A stretch of 15,884 nucleotides of DNA from a bacterium. Its GTDB lineage: Bacteria; Zhuqueibacterota; Zhuqueibacteria; Oceanimicrobiales; Oceanimicrobiaceae. The position numbers and the translations under genes are program-made. Shown piece after piece: positions 9,113-15,884 of this stretch. The notes beneath the pieces are model-generated. The model did no database searches. It was not told where the DNA came from and worked only from the letters and a program-made list of their open reading frames with translations. Every line of letters starts with the position of its first letter. The stretch's first letter is position 1. The DNA lies in assembly GCA_046757025.1 (NCBI GenBank), contig JBHHXN010000121.1:1-15884 (forward strand), read 5' to 3'.

Positions 9113-9376
9113 GCCTTTCCTACCCTGCGGTTAATTCATATTCAGACTCGGACTACGAACGTTTTAACATCCGTTATTATCAACGCGCATCTCAAAATCA
9201 CACACCTTTGCTTCGCTGCCCCCCCGGTGTGTGCAGCGCGAAGAATAACTTTTTATTTTGTGACGCTGATTCTGGCTATTTCGGAGATTTCTGTGACCTT
9301 CTGTGTTCATTCATTTGAAATCTTCAGAAATTGAAAAAGACAGCATTCAATTCTACCACTTTTTTCCAGCGCGGTA

Positions 9377-9486
9377 AAGCCGCAAATCGAAATGCGAAAT
9401 TCGCAAAACGTAATTCCAGAGTTGGTGCGGCTATTTCAAAACCTAAACATAGCGAATTTCGTTTTCCGGTTTTCGGGTTCTGTTTT
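9377..9486. repeat. Inverted pair of degenerate 7-bp tandem arrays
   Basis: 9377-9418: aagccgc aaatcga aatgcga aattcgc aaaacgt aattcca (AANNCGN). 9452-9486: gcgaatt tcgtttt ccggttt tcgggtt ctgtttt (NCGNNTT, the reverse-complement pattern). Confidence 0.6.
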
Positions 9487-9528
9487 TCTTTGCAAAAAAA
9501 GCAAAAGTTCACTATAGATGAGTCAAAT

Positions 9529-12500
9529 TCAAAAATCAAATCGAAATCCAAATGTCACATCTCTGGGATTCAGATAATAGAGCCAGCGCAAATTGGGATT
9601 ATCGATGTACGATTTGGTTTTTCGTCTTTGCTGGTTGCGGGCTTCGATTTCGGGCTCGTTCTGTGGGTTGGGTTCTAGTGGATCGTAAGCCACATTCGAC
9701 GGCCGCAAATCGCCAATTTTGTCATGGCCAAACTCGGAGTATCCCAGCGGTTTGCCGATTTTTTCCGGCCAGAGCAGAGAATCCATGTAATCGCGAAAAT
9801 CGTTGCCGTCTGAAAACGACGAAGCGAAGTTGAAAATTTTGTTGTTGAACAAATTCGACACGTCCATAAAAAATTGCGCTCGGAATTTTCCGATTCGAAA
9901 ATCTCGACTGAGCCGCAAGCTGAAGCTGATGAAATCGGGCAGTTGCACGTTGTTGCGAATTCCGAGTAGATTGGCGTCCAAACCGCGCGACCAGGTTGTG
10001 TGTCGGCCAGCGCGCCACAGAAAAATTAAACTGGTACGCCAATTAGCCAGCGGGCGCCATCCGACGAATTGCGGGCCGAAATCTTTAGGCGTAAAAATAT
10101 GCAGGTTGCCGCGGGCATACGGTCTGGGGGTGGGTTTGCTCTGGTCGATTGTTTTACGGTCTTCTGCTCGCTGCTCAGCCGGATTTTCACGGAGCTGAAG
10201 TTTGCCAAAAAATCCCGACGTATTTACCATGTAAGTGTAATTTAAAAATCCGCTCAGCCAGGAGCCCAGGCGCTTTTCGAGAGAAAATTCCAGCCCACGG
10301 ATATCTTCATAAAAGTTGTCATCCGCTTGACGATAATTGACCTGACTGTCCGAGCTGATGATGCGAACCAAGTTGGGTTGGTTACTGACGTCTTTATAGT
10401 AACCGGCAATTCGCAATAAAAACTGGCCGATTAAATTTTGTTCAAAGCCGATTTCATAAGACTTCGTTCGGCTCAGCTTGAGATTTGGGTTGCCGAGAAT
10501 CTGCATTTGACTGTTGTTGGTCCTTTGCTCCAAATAGAGGCGGCGCGCTTCCGGTATGGAATAAAAATGGCCGTAGTTAAAGTACAATTTTGAATTGTCG
10601 GTAATGGGGTGCGAAATACCCAACCGGGGACTGAGATACAGTTGCCGTTTGGTAGGCTTTTGTTCGAATTGCTCTTCGGTTCCGGGCACGAAATTGCTAC
10701 TTAAAAAGTCTCGATTGTACGGGTCCGACTCTAAATCGATCCAGGTTCCACCGGGATCGGTGTAGTCTAGCCGTAGCCCGAGATTAGCGATGAGGCCTTT
10801 GAATTCTAATTTATCTTGCAAATAAACCGCTGCCCGCACCGGCGTTTTGTCCCAACGCGATTGCGGTCGGCCCGCCGGCAAAGTGAGATCCACACCGCCG
10901 TATCGGGCTTGGTGATTGCCTATCACCAATTCGGCTCCGGTTTTAATGAGATTGGTGCGGTTGATTTGACTGGTAAGGTCAAATTTGACCGTAGTGGTGG
11001 TAATTTTGGTTGAATCACGAGAATTGCTCATGCCCACGCCCATGCGCATGCCGGCGATGCCGGAGCTGGGAAACGGCATAAACCCGTACGGCGCTTCATC
11101 CACGCCGTAGCTGTTGCCGAAAATATTGACAATGGTTTCCGTGTCGCGCAACCGCCGAGGAAAAGTGCGATATTTGTTCAGTTGATGTTCAATCTGTACT
11201 TCATAAAAAGACCTCGAGCTCAGAGTCTGTGTAAATTTCGCAGATACGTTGTAGCGCCGGATTTGCGTGGGCGCAAAATAGTCCGGCACCCACATGATGG
11301 CGTCGATAAAACTGCGCCGGCTCAATTCGCTGGCGACGCTTGCGGCGCTGCGAAAATAAGTGGGGTTGCCGATCTGATTGTCGCTGACGGCTTTAATCCG
11401 GCTATAGAAACCCGAAACGATCAATTTGCTGTTGGGAGTAATGTTGGAGGTCAGTTTTAAATGATAATTCTGGTCGTTGAAAGTATCGCGCGAAAGTCGT
11501 ATGAGATACGCGTCCTGTTCTCGACGATGGGTGAAGAAAAATCGCAAATTCCCCAGGGGTTTGCTGATAAAGGGTACTGGCCCGCCAAAGCCGAGATCGA
11601 TGTTGTAATCCGGATCGTCGATATCTCCGCGTCGTCGATGTTCCCATTTCCATAGCTGCTGCGCGGCCTCGGGTGTGAGATCGTTGTCGGGATCGTCGTC
11701 CCGCAGGGTGCGCTCGGAGACCGCGTTCCACCCCTCAAATCGCGGATACTGTCTCTGGGTGTTCAGGTCCCAAGCGCCGTTTTCAGTGCCGGTCCAGGCT
11801 ACCTCGTCGTCTAAAAACGGCCGCGCCCAGTAGCCGTCTGGCGAGAATCCGGAGGGCCCGAAATTTTTACGTGAGGCGGGGCTGTAATAAACCGTAATAG
11901 TGCCGTTATAATGATTTTTGTCCCCTTCTTTTGTGACGACATTGATGATACCCGATCGGATATTGCCATACTCTGCATTAAAGCCGCCGGTTTGGACTTG
12001 CACCGCTTCAATGGAGCTCAGGCTGATAGACGTGTACGGAATATTGTTGCGTTCATCACGGATAGTGAATCCATCTATCATAAAGGCGGTTTCATCCTGA
12101 TCCCCGCCACGAATTTGAATGCCGTTGTCCACGGTACCCAGAATGCCGGCTTGGTAACCGATGGCTTCATCAATTCTCTGCACCGGCAGCGACTCAATTT
12201 GTGCGGCTTCGATGTTGGCCTGGCTGGCGGAGACATCTTTCACCACCACCGGTCGCTCAGCGACGATGGTTACTTCGCCGCCGGCAGCTATCACCGTCGG
12301 CGTCATTTGAAAGTCGATAGTGGTGGTCAAATCAATGTTCACTCGGACGTTGGCCACCTTGAAGTCGGTGTATCCCATCATAGAAGCAATGATGGTATAA
12401 TTGCCGGGCGGGATGTTTAAGATGACGTAATCGCCTTCGAGGTCGGCAGCCGCACCGATGGAGGTGCCTTCGAGAAAAATATTGGCGCCGGGCAGCGGAT

Positions 12501-12612
12501 CGCCGCTTTCTGCATCCGTCACTTTGCCCGAAACTTTACCGGTAGTGCCTGCCAGGGCAATGGATGTCATTAACAGAAGACAAAACACCATGAGGAGAAG
12601 GAAACGCTTCAT
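9529..12612 (-). CDS. TonB-dependent receptor with an N-terminal carboxypeptidase-regulatory-like domain
   Basis: AGGAGG SD and a signal peptide, then GKVSGKVTDAESGDPLPGANI. Plug motifs IQIRGG and QTGGFNAEYGNIRSGIINVVTK. Barrel motifs LSPRLGISHPIT and YEIGFEQ. C-terminal FGFRFDF. Confidence 0.93.
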   Translation of the reverse strand: MKRFLLLMVFCLLLMTSIALAGTTGKVSGKVTDAESGDPLPGANIFLEGTSIGAAADLEGDYVILNIPPGNYTIIASMMGYTDFKVANVRVNIDLTTTIDFQMTPTVIAAGGEVTIVAERPVVVKDVSASQANIEAAQIESLPVQRIDEAIGYQAGILGTVDNGIQIRGGDQDETAFMIDGFTIRDERNNIPYTSISLSSIEAVQVQTGGFNAEYGNIRSGIINVVTKEGDKNHYNGTITVYYSPASRKNFGPSGFSPDGYWARPFLDDEVAWTGTENGAWDLNTQRQYPRFEGWNAVSERTLRDDDPDNDLTPEAAQQLWKWEHRRRGDIDDPDYNIDLGFGGPVPFISKPLGNLRFFFTHRREQDAYLIRLSRDTFNDQNYHLKLTSNITPNSKLIVSGFYSRIKAVSDNQIGNPTYFRSAASVASELSRRSFIDAIMWVPDYFAPTQIRRYNVSAKFTQTLSSRSFYEVQIEHQLNKYRTFPRRLRDTETIVNIFGNSYGVDEAPYGFMPFPSSGIAGMRMGVGMSNSRDSTKITTTTVKFDLTSQINRTNLIKTGAELVIGNHQARYGGVDLTLPAGRPQSRWDKTPVRAAVYLQDKLEFKGLIANLGLRLDYTDPGGTWIDLESDPYNRDFLSSNFVPGTEEQFEQKPTKRQLYLSPRLGISHPITDNSKLYFNYGHFYSIPEARRLYLEQRTNNSQMQILGNPNLKLSRTKSYEIGFEQNLIGQFLLRIAGYYKDVSNQPNLVRIISSDSQVNYRQADDNFYEDIRGLEFSLEKRLGSWLSGFLNYTYMVNTSGFFGKLQLRENPAEQRAEDRKTIDQSKPTPRPYARGNLHIFTPKDFGPQFVGWRPLANWRTSLIFLWRAGRHTTWSRGLDANLLGIRNNVQLPDFISFSLRLSRDFRIGKFRAQFFMDVSNLFNNKIFNFASSFSDGNDFRDYMDSLLWPEKIGKPLGYSEFGHDKIGDLRPSNVAYDPLEPNPQNEPEIEARNQQRRKTKSYIDNPNLRWLYYLNPRDVTFGFRFDF

Positions 12613-12742
12613 TGAAATCCTCCTGAAAGTGTGTTGAAAACGATTCTAAGATAGATGGATAACTAAATTGGGCTGATTAGTATTTGATTTGATCGCGGTT
12701 TAATTCCGCTAAATCCTTTCTCACTAAAATATTTGTGGAGAT

Positions 12743-12775
12743 AAAAAAAACTTGAGGTTTCTCGCCTGACCTCAA
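12743..12775 (-). terminator. Intrinsic terminator-like hairpin inside the 5' leader of the TonB receptor gene (possible attenuator)
   Basis: Minus strand TTGAGGT-caggcgagaa-ACCTCAA-G-TTTTTTTT, lying between the promoter (~12870) and the ATG (12612). Confidence 0.6.
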
Positions 12776-12813
12776 TTTATGCACTGTTTGAATTTACTGA
12801 TATTTGACGCCAT
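12772..12813 (-). CDS. Candidate 13-aa leader peptide MASNISKFKQCIN
   Basis: AAGGA lies 6 nt before the ATG. The TGA stop falls in the 5' arm of the leader hairpin. Translation is not demonstrated. Confidence 0.3.
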   Translation of the reverse strand: MASNISKFKQCIN

Positions 12814-12870
12814 GCACAATCCTTGAGAGGAATGACAAGGCTGAATTAGGAGTCACAAACGAATGCACTC

Positions 12871-12899
12871 AAAATATGTAAAAATTACCAATTTGTCAA
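12871..12899 (-). promoter_or_regulatory. Putative sigma70 promoter of the TonB-receptor operon
   Basis: Perfect TTGACA (12899-12894), a 17-bp spacer, TATTTT (12876-12871) and an AT-rich upstream tract. Confidence 0.65.
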
Positions 12900-13071
12900 G
12901 AGTTTTATTTTGAGGCAACACGCACGCGCGGGGGGGCTTAACTAATGCAGAAAAAACAGCTCACTTCCGATACTCGATTAGACAATGGTGAGAATTCGCA
13001 GACCGCTGAAGTGCAAACCGGCCGTGATGCTGCAAATAGTTGTTGTACACTTTCTACTTTTTTTAAATTGC

Positions 13072-13099
13072 TTGATAATTGGTGATTAAATTGTATTTT
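13072..13099 (+). promoter_or_regulatory. Putative promoter of the methyltransferase operon
   Basis: TTGATA-16 bp-TATTTT, about 90 nt upstream of ATG 13187. Confidence 0.4.
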
Positions 13100-13186
13100 A
13101 TTGATGAGTTCGAAATGCCCTCAAGATTATTTTGAGCCAGAAAATATTTGAATTTATTTAAAAAGTTTTTGCTACTATTCACACTG

Positions 13187-14365
13187 ATGAATTCCAAAGA
13201 ACGCATGCGCAAAGCCTTGAATTTACAGCAACCGGATCGCGTACCGCTGATGTGTCAGCTTGCCCTGGGACACTACTTTTTGAATACCGGTATTGATCCG
13301 CTGGATATCTGGTTTACTTCTGATGGATTTGCAGAAGCTCTGATAGCACTGCAAAAGCGTTACGGATTTGACGGCATTCTGGTCAATCTGCCGGGCCGGG
13401 AACCCAACTACACATCTTATATCGACAAAATTGAAAAGAAAGGCGACCGCAGCCTCATTCGCTGGCTGAACGGAAATTACACCGTCTTTCCAGAAGACGA
13501 CAATCCACATTATTTTCTAAGCGACGACAAACGGCCTTTTCCGACCTTTGAAGAAATACGTCCTGAAAACCTGTTTTACGTGGAACCCTGGGACGTTACC
13601 GAAATCACTTACCCCTTCACCTGGGGATTCGAATCGGAAGCACGCCCCGTGACGGATTTTTTTCCGGAATATCACTTTGATACCATAAATAACGTGGTAA
13701 CCGAAGTCGGCGATGTCATCTCGGTGCATTCCGAAGTGTTTTCACCGTGGTCACAGTTCCTTGAGCTGTTGAATTATGAAAGCGCCTTGCTGGCCATGCT
13801 CGAAGACGCCGGTAAAGTGCGGGCCTGTCTGGAGCGTCTCACCGAAGGCGCTGTCCAACTGGCCTTGAAGCAAGCGGCCTGTGGCGTGGATGCGATTTTG
13901 ATCTCGTCGGCGTTTGCGGGCGCCGGCTTTATTTCCCCCAAGCATTACCTGGATTTTGTTTTACCCTTTGAAAAGCGTCTTATTTCCGAAGTCAAAAAAC
14001 AGTTCAGCCTACCCATCTACACACACACATGCGGCAGTATCGGCGATCGCCTGGACCTGATGCTGGCCACCGGCACTAACGGTATCGACACGCTGGATCC
14101 ACCGCCATTGGGCACGGTCGATCTCGAAGAGGCCAAACAATTATTACTCGGCAAAACATTTATCAAAGGAAATATTGATCCGGTGAATACCCTGCTTTAT
14201 GGTGAAATCGAGAAAATCAAAAAGGATGTGGAATGGCGAATAAAAGTCGGTAAACCGGGAGGGGGTTACATTTTGAGCTCTGCCTGCTCTGTGGCGCCTC
14301 AAACCCCTCCCCAAAATATTGAGCTGCTGGCTTCGTTGGCTGATGAGTATGGGAAATATTCATAA
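13187..14365 (+). CDS. Uroporphyrinogen decarboxylase-superfamily protein, MtaA/CmuA (methylcobamide-dependent methyltransferase)-like rather than true HemE
   Basis: N-terminus MNSKERMRKAL...PDRVP (ATG 13187 preferred over TTG 13148). FISPKHYLDFVLP, a Zn-type H-x-C in YTHTCG, KGNIDP and GGYILSSAC. The HemE MRQAGR motif is absent. Confidence 0.85.
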   Translation: MNSKERMRKALNLQQPDRVPLMCQLALGHYFLNTGIDPLDIWFTSDGFAEALIALQKRYGFDGILVNLPGREPNYTSYIDKIEKKGDRSLIRWLNGNYTVFPEDDNPHYFLSDDKRPFPTFEEIRPENLFYVEPWDVTEITYPFTWGFESEARPVTDFFPEYHFDTINNVVTEVGDVISVHSEVFSPWSQFLELLNYESALLAMLEDAGKVRACLERLTEGAVQLALKQAACGVDAILISSAFAGAGFISPKHYLDFVLPFEKRLISEVKKQFSLPIYTHTCGSIGDRLDLMLATGTNGIDTLDPPPLGTVDLEEAKQLLLGKTFIKGNIDPVNTLLYGEIEKIKKDVEWRIKVGKPGGGYILSSACSVAPQTPPQNIELLASLADEYGKYS

Positions 14366-14383
14366 CAGAGAAGAAAGGATGAT

Positions 14384-14773
14384 ATGTCTGAAAAAACATT
14401 GATGTACGCGTTGACGTTTTGCGGTCTTTATTTTGAAATGGCTGGCGCCTTCATATTATCTGCAGAAGCAATTGGCTCCGTTCGTCTTCTCAAAATTGCA
14501 GAAAAGATTCAGAAGCGTCGGGTTTTAAGTTTTGTAGTGCTATTGATCGTGGTTGGGATAATTGCTGTCCTCACAAGGTTTTTGCCGGTATTCCATTTAA
14601 CCGAAGCGATTGTGTTAATTTTTAGTCTGGGGATTATTAGCGATTTTGCTCCTCGTTTAATTAAAATACTCGTCAAGCACATGGAGAAAGGAAGTCTCGG
14701 GATTCTTGGTTTTGTGCTATTCGCGATCGGTTTCACAATTCAGGCCTATGTAAATCTATCATTGTTGTATTAA
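14384..14773 (+). CDS. Small integral membrane protein of unknown function (about 4 hydrophobic segments)
   Basis: GAAAGGA SD. The ORF fills the gap between the flanking genes with 18-bp and 13-bp spacers and contains several long hydrophobic stretches. Confidence 0.7.
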   Translation: MSEKTLMYALTFCGLYFEMAGAFILSAEAIGSVRLLKIAEKIQKRRVLSFVVLLIVVGIIAVLTRFLPVFHLTEAIVLIFSLGIISDFAPRLIKILVKHMEKGSLGILGFVLFAIGFTIQAYVNLSLLY

Positions 14774-14786
14774 TTGGCATCTATAT

Positions 14787-15683
14787 ATGAACAGTCAAAA
14801 ACTAATTGATCTACTCAATTCAGGAACGGTTTTGCTTTGTGACGGCGCCATGGGCACCGAATTGCAAAGCCGGGGTTTGCCTGCGGGCGGCTGCCCCGAA
14901 GCGTACAATCTTACCCATCCGGAAATTGTGCAGCAGATCCACCGGGATTATTTCAACGCTGGCGCAGACCTCGTTGAAACCAACTCTTTTGGCGCCAACC
15001 GTTTCCGTTTGCGGGCGCACGATTTGCAGCAGCGCGTTGCTGAGATAAATCAGCTCGCTGCGCAATTGGCAACAAGCGTTTGCCCGGACGGCAAGCTGGT
15101 TGCGGGTTCGGTGGGCCCTTCTGGCGAAATACTGCAGCCCTATGGCGAACGTAACCCTGAAGAATTAGCCGACGCATTTTCTGAGCAGATTTTAGCATTA
15201 GCAAAAGGGGGGGCGGACGTCATTTTCGTGGAGACCATGATGGCGATGGAAGAAGCGGAATTGGCTGTGAGAGTGTCTAAAGAGAAAACGCATCTGCCGG
15301 TGGTGGCCAGCATGACTTTTGAGAAGGGGAAGGCCGGTTTGCGTACTGCCTGGGGGGTGGACGTACCCACCGCCGTTCAAAGACTTAGCGAGGCCGGCGC
15401 CGATTTGATCGGTGCTAATTGCGGCAAAGGGTTTGACGAAATGCTTGCCATCGTGGAAGAAATGCGGCCGCTTACCAGCAAGCCTGTCATCGCGCAATCC
15501 AATGCCGGTTTGCCTGAATGGGTGGATGGGGTTTCAGTTTATAAAGAAACGCCGGAAAGCATCAAGCCCTATGCAGAACAGCTTTTGAAGCTGGGCGTCA
15601 ACATTTTAGGCGGTTGCTGCGGCACGGGTCCTGCGCATATCCAAATGATGCGTGAATTGGTAGATGGTTTTTTAGGTAAATAA
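14787..15683 (+). CDS. Homocysteine S-methyltransferase family protein (stand-alone MetH homocysteine-binding domain)
   Basis: Motifs LCDGAMGTELQ, HRDYFNAGADLVETNSFGAN and AGSVGP. Zn ligands in GANCG and GGCCGT. At 298 aa it has no folate, B12 or reactivation domains. Confidence 0.9.
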   Translation: MNSQKLIDLLNSGTVLLCDGAMGTELQSRGLPAGGCPEAYNLTHPEIVQQIHRDYFNAGADLVETNSFGANRFRLRAHDLQQRVAEINQLAAQLATSVCPDGKLVAGSVGPSGEILQPYGERNPEELADAFSEQILALAKGGADVIFVETMMAMEEAELAVRVSKEKTHLPVVASMTFEKGKAGLRTAWGVDVPTAVQRLSEAGADLIGANCGKGFDEMLAIVEEMRPLTSKPVIAQSNAGLPEWVDGVSVYKETPESIKPYAEQLLKLGVNILGGCCGTGPAHIQMMRELVDGFLGK

Positions 15684-15713
15684 AATTGTCAGATATTTTA
15701 CCCTTGTTAACCG

Positions 15714-15854
15714 AAATTAATTAGTGTCTGACCGAAAACGAGCGTCTTCATGCTGAGCGTAGTCGAAGCATGTTGTAAAAACAACAGCCTATCACCCTTC
15801 GACTTCGGTCAGGGTGAAGAAATATGGACTTTTCGGTCAATCACTAATTAATTT
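15714..15854. mobile_element. Nested inverted-repeat element (MITE / REP-doublet-like), about 141 bp
   Basis: Outer IR 15714-15738 vs 15830-15854 matches 23/25. Inner IR 15745-15768 vs 15797-15820 matches 20/24. Central hairpin TGTTGT-aaaa-ACAACA. No transposase in the window. Confidence 0.6.
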
Positions 15855-15884
15855 AAATTATTCGATGAGAAATGAAAGATAGCT

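Noticed and set aside
9324..9678. ORFs 9324..9551 (-) and 9331..9678 (+)
   Set aside because: Low-complexity translations produced by the heptamer arrays. They overlap the end of the receptor gene and lack an SD.
12613..13186. Cobalamin or SAM riboswitch, expected near a TonB receptor or methionine-related genes
   Set aside because: I could not find B12-box or S-box consensus elements by eye on either strand. An Rfam scan would settle it.
13187..14365. Annotation as hemE
   Set aside because: It lacks the HemE MRQAGR motif and has the H-x-C...C Zn motif of the methyltransferase branch.
14787..15683. Annotation as full metH or as a truncated pseudogene
   Set aside because: It is a complete single domain with intact Zn ligands and a clean stop. 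Stand-alone forms are common.
15714..15854. CRISPR array
   Set aside because: The repeats are inverted, there are only two units, and there is no repeat-spacer periodicity or cas gene.

Overview
This ~50% GC bacterial window looks like an FCB-group organism outside Bacteroidota (KSB1/Calditrichota/Ignavibacteria-like). That is inferred from T9SS-type C-terminal domains combined with Shine-Dalgarno sites and sigma70 TTGACA-type promoters. The left three quarters is a minus-strand, PUL-like outer-membrane cluster with no recognisable SusD. It runs TonB-dependent receptor -> 711-aa secreted FN3/CTD protein -> PorV/PorQ-like beta-barrel -> IPT/TIG lipoprotein -> DUF4397/beta-propeller/T9SS-CTD protein -> terminator. 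Next comes a separately promoted GHL10 (YddW/DigH-like) glycosyl hydrolase with Ig-like domains, which runs off the window and is absent from the ORF track. Divergently on the plus strand are a UroD/MtaA-family Zn methyltransferase-like gene, a small membrane protein and a stand-alone homocysteine S-methyltransferase domain, followed by a nested inverted-repeat (MITE/REP-like) element. The non-coding DNA holds several unexplained structures: a leader with a short ORF overlapping an intrinsic terminator, inverted 7-bp periodic arrays, a possible pseudoknot and an SD-led start-stop mini-ORF.
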